Assembly (NCBI GenBank): GCA_963749495.1
Contig: CAVVMW010000021.1
Coordinates: 544,001-608,000, forward strand
Source: an uncultured bacterium
GTDB lineage: Bacteria; Verrucomicrobiota; Verrucomicrobiia; Limisphaerales; UBA8199
DNA: 64,000 nt
Direction of reading: 5' to 3'
The position numbers and the translations under genes were made by a program. Positions 10,236 to 23,338 of this stretch are shown here, piece by piece (the first letter of the stretch is position 1; every line of letters starts with the position of its first letter). The notes below the pieces were generated by a model that saw nothing but the letters and a program-made list of their open reading frames with translations, had not been told where the DNA came from and made no database searches.

Positions 10236-13200
10236 ATGAATCCAGACATCCCTCACCAAACTCCCGAGGCACTCGAGGCCAGGCTCACGGCGCTGTTGCT
10301 CGGGGAATTGCCGCCGGATGAGGCCGCCGCCCTGCGCCGCGCCCTCGAGCAGGACCCGGCCCTGGCGGCCCTCCACCAGCGGCTCAAGCTCACCATCAAC
10401 CTCGTCCGCGAGACCGCCGGGCACCCAGCCGGCCAACCTGCCGCCCCACCCGTGCTCCTCAAACTGAGCCAGCGCCGCCGGGAGACATTGCTCGCCCATT
10501 TCAAGACCGTTGCGCCCAAGGAATTCGCCTACTCCCGCCGGGAGGATTGGAAGAAGGCGGCCAGGATGGGTATAGTCGCCGCCGCTGCAATGCTCATCGG
10601 CTTGCTCACCCTGGCGGTGCTGCTGCCGAGCCTGGTTAAGAGCAAGGACGAGCGCCTTGCCGATGACTACAGGTTCGGCTACAGCTACAGGTTAGGCGCG
10701 CGCCGCACTATTTCGCCCAATCCCACCGCGGCAACACCAACTCCGCCGCTGGCGCAAGCCGGCGTCTCCTTCAACCGCCCTGCCGGGCAGAGCGTCCAGG
10801 AATCTGCCTTGGCCCGCAAGGCGGCGAACCGGACTGAAATCGTCCTGTCGGCCGCCGATGGCGCAAGTTCGGCCGCGACCCAGCCAACAGCAGCATTGCC
10901 CGCGCCTGCGCCGGCCGCCGCTGGCACCGAAGTGCAGTCCTTCCCCCTCAGCCACGCAGACCCGGCTGAGATGGCCGACCAACTGGCCCAACTCCTTCCA
11001 GGGAAGGTGGCTGCAACCGGGGACAGCTCGCGGCGCTCGCTCCAAGTCACCGCCCCAAGTGACGTGATGCCTCACGTCGGCGAACTCGTGAAGCAACTCG
11101 ACGCCAGCGACGCCAGGCATGAAGCCGTGCGCGTCTTTGACCTGAGCAACGCCGACCCAGCGGATGTCCAGGCGGTCCTGCAAGACCTCTTCCGCCGGAG
11201 CGGAAATGTGCTCAGCCTTAGTGAGAACAACCGAAATTCCCTCCTGGGCGCGGGCAATCCGCCCGTCATGCCTCAGACGCAGAAGGGGACCTCGATCTCG
11301 ACGACAAGCCAGGGCTCTGGGGGCTTTGGCGGCATAGCTCCCTCGGGCTCGCCAGGCCGAGAGCATGGCATCGGGAACATGATGGGTGGAATGGGCGGTG
11401 GGGCGATGGGCGGTGGCATGATGGGTGGAATGGGCGGCGCAGTTGCCTCGGCGCCTCCCGCCGCCCCTGAAACGGCGGCTTCGGTCACCGATTCGACGCC
11501 CTTCCCACCTATAATCTATAGCTTGGTGCCAAGGGCCACCGGCGCGACACAACCGATCGATGTCCCAATCCCAATCGAGGGGACGACGAGGGACCGGCTG
11601 GTTGAGGCTTTCCCGGAAGCCGCACCACTCGCCCCGCCGGCCGGAAAGCCAGCGCCGGCCAAAGGCGCCCCCGTGGCGGGGGTGGCCAGCACCGGCACAG
11701 CCGCCGGCTTCCAAATGGGGTTAGGCTACTTCCTTGGTGCGCCCGTCGGCGGGCAGGCACCCACCAACACGAGCACACCCGGGCAGCAGATCCCGATTCT
11801 CGGCGACACGCCGACTATAGGCAGGCTGTTCCGCGAGGACATCGCACAATCAGCCGCTGACGACGTTGAAGCCCAGTTGCAGGTCGAGCTGCCCTTGCTG
11901 CTCCGCGAGGAGATCGCACAATCAGCCGCTAAGGGCCTTGAGCTCAACAACCTGGGCCTATCTCACAATTTGGCCGGCAAGGGGATCGAGGGTCTTACTG
12001 CGACAAACGCCGTGGCGTGGACCGATGCCTCTGGGCTATTCGGCGGCATTTCAAATGGCTCGGCAGGCGGGGCCACTAGGCTACACGGGGTTGATAACAG
12101 TTTTGGCCTGCCTGTTTCGAGCTTCAGCTCCACAACCAACATCGCCGTCGGAGAAGTCCAAGGGCTCCGGGGCCGTGTCGCCAAGCCCGCCATCATCGCC
12201 GGTGACGCCTACTTCTCGATTGACCGCGAGTCGCGCAGAGTTCTGACTCTCACCGATCAGGAGACTGACGCGGCCATCTCCCAGGTTCTCTCGAACTCCA
12301 ACGTCAGGGCCGGCACCATTACCCTTCCCGGCAGGGTCATCTTCGCAACGGACCCCAAGACGGGCCGAGTGGTGAGCATCCCCGACACCGGAGCGGTGGC
12401 CTCCGTCGAGTCTCGCATTGTCCGAGCCCCCGGCTGCCGACCGGGCACGCAAGCTCGAGGAAGCCGCGACCCGCGCGCCCCAAGACGCCCAACGCGAGCA
12501 GCAGGTGGCCCGGTTGAACCGGACTGCCGCCGCGGCGAAGTCTTACGCCGAGCCCGACGAGCCGCGGCCGAAGCCCGCCGCCCTGGCGCCGATCCCGCAG
12601 CCGGAGGTCCAGACGCGCGACAATGCGTTCTCGACCTTCTCGCTCAACGTGAGCGACGTCTCGTTCAAGCTGGCGGCGGCGAGCCTGGAGAAGGGCGCGA
12701 TGCCGGAGCCGGCCACAATCCGCAGCGAGGAATTCATCAACGCCTTCGATTACCGCGACCCCGAGGCGCCGCCGGGCGTGCCAGTTGCCTTTGCCTTCGA
12801 GCGGGCGCGCTACCCGTTTGCGCACAACCGGGACCTGGTCCGGTTCTCGCTCAAGACGGCGTCCCAGGGCCGGGAGGCGGGCCGCCCGTTGAACCTGGTG
12901 CTGCTGCTGGACAACTCGGGTTCGATGGAGCGGGCCGACCGCGTGAGCATCATTCGCGAGGCCCTGCGCGTGCTGGCCGCACAACTCGGCCCCAGGACCG
13001 GTTCAGCCTCATCACCTTCTCGCGCACCGCACGCCTCCGGGCGGACGGCATCTCCGGCGACCAGGCGGCCAGGGCAGCCGAAGAGGCCGCCGGCCTCACC
13101 CCTCAAGGCGGAACCAACCTTGAAGAGGCGATGAACCTGGCTTACCAGACCGCCCTGCGCCATTACATGGCCACCGGCATCAACCGCGTCGTGCTCCTCA

Positions 13201-13929
13201 CCGACGGCGCGGCCAACCTCGGCAACGTCGAGCCCGAGGCGCTCAAGCAGAAGGTCGAGGCCCACCGCAAACTGGGCGTCGCCCTCGATTGCTTCGGCAT
13301 CGGCTGGGAAGGCTACAACGACGATTTGCTCGAAGTCCTTACGCGCAACGGCGATGGCCGGTATGGCTTTCTCAACACGCCCGAGGAGGCGGCCGGCGAG
13401 TTCGCGGCCAAGCTTGCCGGGGCGCTGCGCGTGGCCGCCGCCGATGTCAAGGTGCAGGTCGAGTTCAATCCCGGCCGCGTCACCGCCTACCGGCAGATCG
13501 GCTACGCCAAACACCAGCTCACCAAAGAGCAGTTCCGGGACAACACCGTGGCTGCCGCGCAGCTTGGCGCCACCGAGGCCGGCAATGCCCTCTATGTGAT
13601 CGAGACCAACCCGAATGGCGACGGCCCGCTCGGCACGGTGCGCGTGCGGTACAACGTCCCCGGCACCAGCGATTACCGCGAGCAGGAATGGGTGGTGCCC
13701 TACACCGGCACCGCCGCCCCGCTCGAGCAGGCCGGCCCGGCCCTGCGCCTGGCCGCCACGTCGAGCGCCTTCGCCGAATGGCTCGCCTCCAGCCCGTTCG
13801 CCGCCGAGGTCGACCCCGTCCAAACTGCTCCCGTACCTGACCGGCGTGCCGGAGGCCTACGCCCCCGATGCCCGGCCCCAGAAACTCGAATGGACGATCC
13901 GCCAGGCGCAAAGTCTGGCCGGCAAGTAG
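10236..13929 (+). CDS. Putative anti-sigma membrane protein with secretin-like segments and a C-terminal YfbK-type vWA/DUF3520 module (frameshifts near 12420, 12990, 13815)
   Basis: N-terminal LTALLLGELPPDEAAALRRAL; TM helix; FSTFSLNVSDVSF, IRSEEFINAFDY, LLLDNSGSM, GGTN, VVLLTDG and KVQVEFNP..YRQIGY. Confidence 0.8.
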
Positions 13930-14124
13930 GGACATGGAAGGCCGCAACAGCTTAGGATCGCGCCTCGGGACCCTGAATCGGAGGGGCCTTGCCGGGCGCG
14001 AAGCGTTTTGGACTGCGCCAGTCCTCTGGCGCTTTTTGGATGCTGGGGACGCGAAAGCGCCAGAGGACTGGCGCACTCCAAAACCTTGCGGGCTTTGGTT
14101 CGGTTCATGTTCGTCTGAATTATT

Positions 14125-17100
14125 ATGAGCGAAAAAAACTTTCTGCTGCCGATCCTCCTTTTCTTCTTGCTGCCCTTTGCCGCCGCCGCGGGCGAATTGG
14201 GGACCAACCCGTCGCCTTCCGTGGTGCTTGAGGACTTTAAGCTGACCGGCGACTTGGGGAGCAACCGGGCGTCGTTCACGCTCACGGCCATGGCGCGCGT
14301 CGAGGACCCCAAGGGCGGCTGGCTCGAGCCTGCTGAGCGGGCCCGTGGCGCTGACCGAAGTGGCCCATCACCCTGCCTGGAAGCTGCGCGCCGGCCAGAA
14401 CCGGTTCAGTGTCGGGTTCGACCGCGCCGGCCGGTTCCCGCTCCGGCTCAAGTTCGACGCGGCGGTTCGCCGTGCGGAGAACTGGAGCCGGGTCGAGTTC
14501 CGGCTCGCGCCCAGCGCGCTGGAGCCTGTCGTGCTGCGCGGCCTGGCGCCCGACACCCAATTCGAGTTTGCCGGCGCCGCCCGGCCCGAGCGGGTCGGCA
14601 GTGATTTCGTGAGCTACCTCCCTTCGGACGGGGCGGTGAAGCTCGCGTGGAACGAGGCGCGGCCGGAGGCCGAGGGCAAGCTGTTCTACGCCGCGGAGAT
14701 GCTCGCGCAGATCAACGTGAGTCCGGGCCTGATGCGGCAGGTGGGGGTGTTGGGCTTCAAGGTGATGCAGGGTGAACTCAAGCGCGTGGCGGTGTTGCTG
14801 CGGGGCGCCGGCGAGGTCACCCGCGTCCAGGGCGACCAGGTGCTGGCCTGGAACGTCGAACCCGCTCAGGGCTCGGCCGACCGCCGGCTCGTGGTCCAAT
14901 TCAACCAGCCGCAGACCGACCACTTCGCGCTCCTGGTCCAGGTGCAAACGCCATTGGGGGCGTTTGCGCAGGCCATCGAGGCGGTGCAGTTGCGGCCGGA
15001 GGGCGCGACCCGCTTTGCCGGGTATTACCGCATCGTCAACGAAGGGGCGGTGCGGCTCGAAGTCGCCCAGGCCAGCGGGCTGTCCCAGGTCTCGCCCGAG
15101 CAATTCCCCGAGAGCGACGCCACGCGCGCGGCCTTGCGCCCGGCCGGCAGCCAGCGCTTCGTCTATCGCTTTTCGGGCGCGGACTTCGCCCTGCGCATCC
15201 AGGCGGACCAAGTCCTGCCCGAGTTGGCGGTCTCGCAACTGCTGGCCTATCACCTGGGCGAAAACGAGCTGGCCATCGATGCCGAGCTGGAGTTGGACAT
15301 CCGCGAGGCCCCACTGCGGGAGCTGTTGCTCCGCGTCCCCAAAGGCTACGCCATCGCCCAGCTCAACGCCGCCGGCCTGAGCGACTATTTCCTGCGCCAA
15401 CCGGCCGATCAACCCGAAGCCGAGTTGCGCCTGGTGTATGGGCAGCCGATCTCGGGCCGGCAGGTGGTCCAGTTGCGGCTGGAGCACAACAAGGCGCTCG
15501 ACGGGGGCTCCTGGGACCTGCCCCGCATCGAGGCCGCCAAAGCCAAATCGCTGCGCGGGCACGTCGCCGTGTCGGCCGACGCCGGTTTTCGTCTCACGGC
15601 AGAGCGGACGCAGGGGTTGACCGAGATAGCCACCGCCTTTTTCCCGCGCAAAGTGGCCGGCATCCAGGCGGCCTTCCGCCTGAGCGACCCCTCCTGGCAG
15701 GCGGCGCTGCGGGTCGAGCGCCTCCCCCAGACGGTTCAGGCCGATGCCTTTCACCTCTTCTCGATTGGCGAGGGCATTGCATACGGCAGCAGCCTGATCA
15801 ACTACGTCGTGTCTGGCGCCCCCGTGGCGGCCTTCAAGCTCGAACTCTCGAACGAGTACACCAACGTCGAGTTCACCGGCAAAGACATTCGCAACTGGCA
15901 ACAGACCGCCGGGGGTTACCTGGTGCAGTTGCACACGCCGGTCGCGGGGGCCTACGCCCTGCTGGCCACCTACGAGCGGCCTTTCAAAGCCCAGGGCGAA
16001 ACCCTCGCCTTCACGGGCGCGCGCCCGCTCGACGCCCAGTCCGAGCAGGGCCACACGCTCATCATCAGCGCCTACCAATTCCAGGTGAAACCGGAGAGCG
16101 TCTCGCGCGGCTTGCTGCGCCTGGATACCCGCGAGGTCCCGCCCGAATACCGCCTCTTCTTCGATGCCCCCATCCTCGCCGCCTTCCGCTACACCGCGCG
16201 CCCGTTCGACCTCAAGCTGGCCCTCAGCCCGCTGGCCCAGGGCGACTCGCTCAGCCTGGTAGTGGACCGCGCCTGGCTCACCAACCGCATCTCGAAGGAG
16301 GGCCAGGTCCTGACCGACGCGCGCTACTTCGTGAAAAGCCGGGGCAACCCGCACTTGAGGCTCGAACTCCCGCCGGGAACCGAGTTGTGGTCTGCCAGCG
16401 TGAACGGCGCGCCCGTGGTCCCGCTCCTGGACGCCCAGGCCAACCTCATCCCGCTGCCGCAGGGGGCCGATCCGAACTCGGTGCTGGTCATCGATCTGAA
16501 GCTGGCCGCCAAGGCGAAAGACCCCGGACGAGTCCGCCTGGGCGCCCCGGCGGTCGGCGCGCCGGTCCTGCTGGAGGAGTGGCAGGTCCAGCCCGATACC
16601 GGGCAACGGTTGCTCTACCGCGGCGGCTCGCTCACTCCTGCGGGCGGCGTGGCCGATCGCTCGGGCTTCAGCGCCCTGGCCCGCGTGTTCACCGGCGACC
16701 AGGCCGAATGGGCGTGGTTAACACTGCTGATGGCGCTGGGCCTGCTGGCGGCGGGCGTGGTGGTCTGGGCCTGGGCAAGCGCGGAAGGCGTTTATCGATT
16801 CAGCGTCCGCCATATCCTGGGCGCGCTGCTGGGCCTGATAGCCGTGGCGCTGGGGGCGCTCGCGTTCGTGAACCTGGCCGGACTGGCCGGTGAGCAGCGG
16901 CTATTGGCGCCGTGTGACCTCTCATTCCTGGCGCCGATACAGCAGGCGGGCAGCGCCCTGAGCCTCGAAGTCGCCAACATCCCGGAGCGGGCCACGATGG
17001 GCGAGGTCCTCGACTGCGCCTGGCCGGTGCTGCTGGCGCTGGGGGCCTGGGTTTATGGTTGGCTCGCAGACAAGCCTGCGTGGAGGGCCTCGTCCCGGAT

Positions 17101-20100
17101 GGGCGGCTGGCTCTTGTTGGCCTGGGCGGCCTTGCGCTGTGCGAACGGCCTGACCGCGTTCCTGGCCGTTTTGGGGGCGTTCCTGGTTTTGCACGCGGTG
17201 GTTCCGGCTCTGAAGCGCCTGTTCAAGCTGCCGGCGCCTTCGGCTCGGCTGGTCCCTGCAGCGTCCTCCCCAAAAAGTGCGGCGTCCGCAGCCACCGCCC
17301 TGCTCATCGGGGTGCTGGTGTGCTCCGGACTGAGGGCCGGCGCTCAGGCGACCGCTGGGCATCCCGAAGGGATGACAATCACTCAGCCCAGGGTTGCGCG
17401 GCACGCGCTACCCTGGGTAGGCCGCCCAGGATGGCAGAACAACCCTGAAAGGGTTGCATCGCTCAAACCCTTTCAGGGTAACCAGAGTTCGCGGCTGGAT
17501 CCCAGGGTAGCGCGTGCCGCGCAACCCTGGGCTGAGTGCTTGTTATCCCTTCGGGATAAGGGTCGCTCAACGGCGGCCGATCACAACGCATTGCCAAAAA
17601 CCGATTTGGGCTCCTGTCGGGTGCCCCGCAACCCTGCTCGCATCCTCTGCCGCCGCCGCCCCGCCTCCGTGGCGCAGCCTCATGAATCGCCCGTTCCCGA
17701 ATCCGTCGTTCACCAGGTGCGCGTCGAAGACAAATTCGCCCTGGGCACGGCGCGGATTCATTGGCAGGCGGACCGGGCCGAGACGCTGCCGCTGCTCTTC
17801 GAGCCGGCGGTGCTGACGGGCCTGAAATATCCGACCAACGCCCTTAAGCTGGAGCAAGGCCCTGCCGGCTCGAAGATCAGCCACCGTTTATTGGCGCAGA
17901 AGGCCGGGGCGTTCGACATCGAGGTGCAATACGAGTTGCCGGTGGCCAGGCGCGACAAGGAGAGCGGCGTGGCCCTGCCCGTCCCGTATGGGCTGGTCAA
18001 CCGGCTCAAGCTGACGGTGGTCAACCTGGACGTGGACGTGCTCTCGCCGGAGGCGGTCGCCCTGGAGCGCGAACCGGGCGGGAGCAACACGGTGGCCTCG
18101 CTGGTCCTTGCCCCGGCCAACGGGGCCTGGATAGCCTGGCAGCCGCGCAGCCGCGACGTGAGGCGGGAGAACCCGGTGTTCTACGCGGACCTGGCGCAGC
18201 TCTACGTGCCGGGGGCGGGCGTCATCGAAGGCGCGCATTACGTCTCGATTCGCCCGGCCCAGGGCGAGGTGGCGGAGTTGGTCCTGGATGTGCCTGCGGG
18301 GGCCACGATCACTGACGTCATTGACGCCGCGCGCGGGGCCGCCCCGGCCGAGTCGAGCGCCCCCGCAGCCCAGGCCCGGAGCGCGCCGTTGGTGTCGCTG
18401 TGGCGATTCGACCCGGATGCGCGCAAGTTGCGGGTGAGCCTTAACCCCGCCCAGTCGCGCCCGTTCACCCTGCTGGTGCGCTCGCAGATCGGCGCCGGTC
18501 CCCTGCCCTTCGAGCGCTCGTTCGGCCTGCTGGGCGTGGAGAACTCGGCCGGACAAATCGGCCTCCTGGGCGTTGCAACCGGCAACGAAGTCCAACTCGA
18601 CAGCCTCGTCGCGGAGGGCTTTTCGCCCATCAACCTCAAGGATTTCCCAGCCGATATTGTCGGCGCGCTCCAGGGCCATTGCCCCGGGCTGGCGGTCCGC
18701 CGCGCGTTTCGTTACGCCGGCCCGGCCCCGGCCTCCGCAGGCGCGCCCCCTGCGCCACTGGTTGCTTCGCTCAAGGTCTCGGCAGTCGAGCCCGACGTGC
18801 GGGTCGAGACCCAGGACACCCTGTCGCTGGGCGAAGACCGGACCGTCCTGGCCGCCAATGCCAGCGTGAGCATCACCCGGGCGGGCATCTTCCGCCTGAG
18901 CTTCGTCATGCCGGAGGGCTTTGATGTCGAGTCCATCAGCGGCTCCGCCTTGAGTCATTGGACGGAGTCCCGGACCGAGGCGGGCCGGGTGATTACGCTG
19001 CACCTGGCCGGGCAAGACCGAAGGCCAGCAGCAGTTCGCCCTCAGCCTGGCGGGGCCGGGGGTCAAGGCGAGCAAGGCCTGGCGGGCGCCTCAGTTGGCC
19101 CTGCGCGAGGCCTCCAAGCAACGGGGCACGCTCCTGCTGGTGCCGGAACAGGGCTTGCGCCTCCAGGTGGCCGCCTCGGACTTCCTGACGCAGTTGGACC
19201 CGCAACGCTCGGGCATTCGACAAAAGGGCGTGCTGGCCTTCCGTGTGCTGCAGATGCCCTGGAGCCTGACCCTGGAGATCGAGCAGGTGGAACCCTGGGT
19301 CCTGGTCACCAGCCTCCAGCACGCCACGGTCAGCGAGGCCCAGGTGAAGGTGGCCGCCAACCTCCAGTATCAGATCGAGAACACCGGCCTCAAGGCCCTG
19401 CGCGTCTTCCTGCCCACCAACGCCGAGAGCGTGCGCTTCCAGGGCGACCAGGTGGCCGACTTCATGCCCGCGGCGGGCGCGCTCACCAACAGTCTGCAGG
19501 CCTGGGACGTAAAGCTTCATCGGCGGGTGATTGGCTCCTACCTGCTCCAGGCCAACTACCAAACCCTCATGCCCGATCAGGCCCCCGAGACGCTCCTGCG
19601 CGGCGTGCAGGCGGGCGACGTCAACCTCCAGCGCGGATTCGTAACGGTCCAATCCGGCGGACGGCTGCAAGTGCGCATCGACAACCCGCCCGCCGCACTC
19701 CAGCCTGCCGAATGGCAGAGCATCCCACGCGCGCTCCAGCAGGACCTGCCCGCCGCCGCCGCCAATTTCGCCTACCGGCTCGTCGAACCCTCCTTTCAGC
19801 TCGCCCTGAAACTGGAGCGCCATGAAGCCGCCAGGCTCCTCGAAGCCCACGTCAACAGTATCTCCCTGGACTCAGTCATCTCGGACGACGCCGTCATGCT
19901 CACCCAGGTCCGGCTGGACCTCCAACCTGGCGACAAGCGCCTGCTCAATGTCACCCTGCCCAAGGACGCCCGCTTCTGGTTTGCCTTCGTCAACAACGGC
20001 GGCGTTTGGCCCTGGCGCGGGCCCTCGGGCCTGCTCATCCCGCTCGAACAGCAGTCGCGCGGCAACAAGCCCATTCCAGTCGAGCTTTTCTACAGCTCGC

Positions 20101-20921
20101 GCATCGGCGCGGCGGCCCGGCGCGCGCTGGACCTCGAATTGCTGGCCCCCAGGTTCGATCTCCCGCTGGAGAACATTACCTGGCGCGTCTGCCTCAGCGA
20201 CAAGTGGCGTGTCAGGTATTGCTCCGGCTCGCTCCAACTCCAGCAGGAACAACTCCTGAGTCCGGGCGCGACCCTCGACCTGCAGACCTATCTCCAAAAC
20301 GAAACCACCCGCCAACTCAAACGCACACGCCAGGCCGAAGACCTCCTGGCCGCCGGCAACAATGCCCTCGAGCAAGGCGACCCGCAGCAGGCCCGCAGGG
20401 CCTTCCAGGCCGCCTATGGCCTCTCCGCGCACGATGCCGCCTTCAACGAAGACGCCCGTGTCCAGCTCCACAACATCAAGCTCCAGCAGGCCCTGGTGGG
20501 GTTGAATGTCCGCCAGGCCACCGCCACCGGGGACGCCGCCACACTCGGCTCGAAGTTCCGCGACCTCCACGGCCGCAAGGAAGTCAGTTACACCCAGCAG
20601 GACGCCAAGGCCATCATCGACCGCAACACCGCCGACAACAACGCCGCCTTCATGCGGCTGGCCGAACGGCTCATCCAACAGCAGGACGCCGCCGTCAGCA
20701 GTCCCACTGCCCTCCGCGCCAGCATCCCCGAGCAGGGGCGGATGCTGACCTTCAAACGGGCCGTCGCCGTCGACCCCGGCGCCGACTTGAACATCGGCCT
20801 GAGCGCCGTCGCCGCCCGGCCGGCCACGGCCTGGGTGCGCCTCCTCATTCTCGCAGCCACGCTTTTGGTCTTCGCCGCCTTCAGGTGGATTGGGCGCCCC
20901 TCCGCGCGAGCCACGAACTGA
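14125..20921 (+). CDS. Giant (~2200 aa) membrane protein with two homologous extracytoplasmic halves (frameshifts near 14330 and 19010)
   Basis: Signal peptide at 14125; ORFs 14345 and 19095 continue the reading frame; central multi-TM segment; C-terminal TM. Confidence 0.75.
17361..17557. repeat. Palindromic REPIN-like element inside the giant CDS
   Basis: atcccgaagggat..actcagcccagggttgcgcggcacgcgctaccctggg ... cccagggtagcgcgtgccgcgcaaccctgggctgagt..atcccttcgggat. Confidence 0.85.
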
Positions 20922-21044
20922 GTGCTCGTGCAAGAAAAAAGGCCGAGATTGAGGCGTGATTCTAACATTTTGAAACCCCGATTGGCTTTCGACCCAGGTT
21001 CATAAGTAACCGGACGTGCCTTGCTCGCTTGCTTTTCATCAAGG

Positions 21045-21225
21045 AGGGATGCCTGAGAACAGCCCAACGCTTCAGCGTTGGGTGGTGATGCCGACGCGGT
21101 CGAGTCCCAAAGCGACGGCTGAAACGCCGGCCCGCTCAGCCGTCCCTTCGGGACTGGACCCTTTTGGGGGCACGCCAACCCAATGCTAAAGCATTGGGCT
21201 ATTCTCGGATGTCCCTCCGGGACAA
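21045..21225. repeat. REPIN-like element between convergent genes
   Basis: agcccaacgcttcagcgttggg ... cccaatgctaaagcattgggct with internal hairpins. Confidence 0.7.
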
Positions 21226-21263
21226 AACTCGAAATAGAGCGCCCCTGCGCTTCGCGAGTTCCC

Positions 21264-22596
21264 CTATTCGTGGCGGAGGGCCTCGACCGGATCCATATTG
21301 GCAGCGCGGAAGGCGGGGTAGAGGCCGAAGACGACCCCGACGAAGGCGGAGATGCCGAAGGCCAGCATCGGCGACCAGAAGGCAACGATCGTCTTCATGC
21401 CCGCGGCGTGAGTGACGACAAATGGAATGGCCACGCCCAGCAGCACGCCGATGAGGCCGCCCGCGCCGGAGAGCATGACGGTTTCGGCGAGGAACTGGGA
21501 GACGATATCCCGGCGGCGGGCGCCCAGGGCGCGGCGAATGCCGATCTCGCGGGTCCGCTCCGTCACGCTGGCGAGCATGATGTTCATGATGCCGATGCCG
21601 CCGACGAGCAAGGAGATGGCCGCGATGGAGCCAAGCACGATATTGAATATCTCTTTGGTGCGCTCGGCTTTGCGGAGGAGGTCCAAGGGGACGATGATGT
21701 CGTAATCTTTCTTTTTGTGGTTTCGCTGCATGACCTCCCGGATGGCATCGGCGACACTGGTGACGTTTTCCAGAGAATCCACCTTGACCGTGGCCTCGTG
21801 CAGCTCGACTCGCTCGGCCTCCAAACTGCCGCTGCGGCGGCGCCGGACCATCTCGCCGTAGCGCGCCTTGAGCGTCGCGAGGGGGATGAACATCCGGTGG
21901 GCGGCGGGCTGAGTCGTTTCCCGGCTCGAACCGTCGCCCTTGGGCTCGAAGTCCAGCCGGTTCCATGATGCCGATGACCCGGTAATAGTCGGGGCCGACC
22001 CGGACCTGTTTGCCCAGGGCGGATTCGAGGGGAAAGAGGGCGGGGACCATTTCGGCGCCGAGCACGCAAACGCTGCTTTGGGCCTCCATATCCGCGTCCG
22101 TGAAGAAGCGGCCGGTGCCGAGGCGGTGATGGCGGGTTTGGGGATAGGACGGCACGGTGCCCACCACCTCGCAATCGACGTAGCGGGTGATATTCCAGAC
22201 GTACTCCCGGAGGTTCCGAGCCGGCAGGACGACGGTGACGCCCGGGATGGTGGCGCCAATCCGGCTCACGTCTTTGTAAGTCAGACCGTATTCGAGCACG
22301 AAGCTCTGGTTGGCTTTGTCCGAAATCTTCTGTTCCTCGGGGGGCTTGGCGCTGCGCAGGATGATGTTCTGGCTGCCCAAGTTTTTGATCTGTTGCTGGG
22401 CCTCGAAGCTGGCGCCTTCGCCGATGGCGAGCATGGCGATGACGGAGCAGACGCCGAAGACAATGCCCAGGGCGGTCAGCAGGGAACGCAGACGATGCAG
22501 CCAAAGGCTGCGGATGCCCAGCCGGAGGGTGCGCCCAATCCGGCTGAGCGAGGGGCCGCGCCGGCGAGGCCCCGGTCTATGCGGGTCGGAGTGCAT
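21264..22596 (-). CDS. MacB/FtsX-family ABC permease (frameshift near 21958)
   Basis: [66 protein letters not shown]. Confidence 0.92.
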
Positions 22597-22599
22597 CGG

Positions 22600-23284
22600 T
22601 CATGGGCGGACATCGCTTTCGATGCGGCCGTCGCAGAGGCGGATGGCGCGGCGAGCGTGGCGGGAGATGGCCAGGTCGTGAGTGACCATGATGACGGTCA
22701 TGCCCTGCCGGTTGAGGTCGTCCAACAGCCCGAGGATTTCGACGCCGGCGGCGGAATCGAGGTTGCCGGTCGGTTCGTCAGCCAGGAGCAGGAGCGGCTC
22801 ATGGACCAGCGCCCGCGCGATGGCGGCGCGCTGCTGCTGGCCGCCGGACAACTCGAAGGGCCGGTGATGGAGGCGGTCTTCGAGCCCGACGCTCGATGCG
22901 AACTGCCGGGCCCGGGCGCGGCTCTCGCCTTCGAGCCAGCCCTGGTAATAAAGCGGCACTTCGATATTCTCCAGGACGGTGAGCTGCTGGATGAGATTAT
23001 AGGACTGGAAGACAAACCCCAACCGGCTGCCGCGCATCCCCGAAAGGGCGTCGTCATCCATGCCCGAGACGTCTTGGCCCCCCAGGAAATAACGGCCGGA
23101 AGTAGGCCGGTCCAGGCACCCGAGCAGATTCAACAGGGTGGACTTGCCGCAGCCGGACGGACCCATGATGCTGATGTATTCCCCGGACTCGACCACAAAA
23201 GAGATGCCGCGCAACGCTTCGACGGTGACCAGGCCCATCCGGTAGGTCTTGCGGAACGTCATCGAATTGGACGATAGGAGGCAT
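22600..23284 (-). CDS. ABC transporter ATP-binding protein, LolD/MacB type (frameshift near the 5' end)
   Basis: GPSGCGKST, GFVFQSYNL, LSGGQQQR, ADEPTGNLD, VTHD. Confidence 0.93.
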
Positions 23285-23338
23285 CGGGAGGGTCAAGGGG
23301 CAAAGTCCAACCCAAATCCTCGGCTAACAACTCTTATG

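Noticed and set aside
11831..11930. 28-bp direct repeat encoding RE(D/E)IAQSAA twice
   Set aside because: It is a small in-frame duplication in a linker, with no sign of being a mobile-element boundary.
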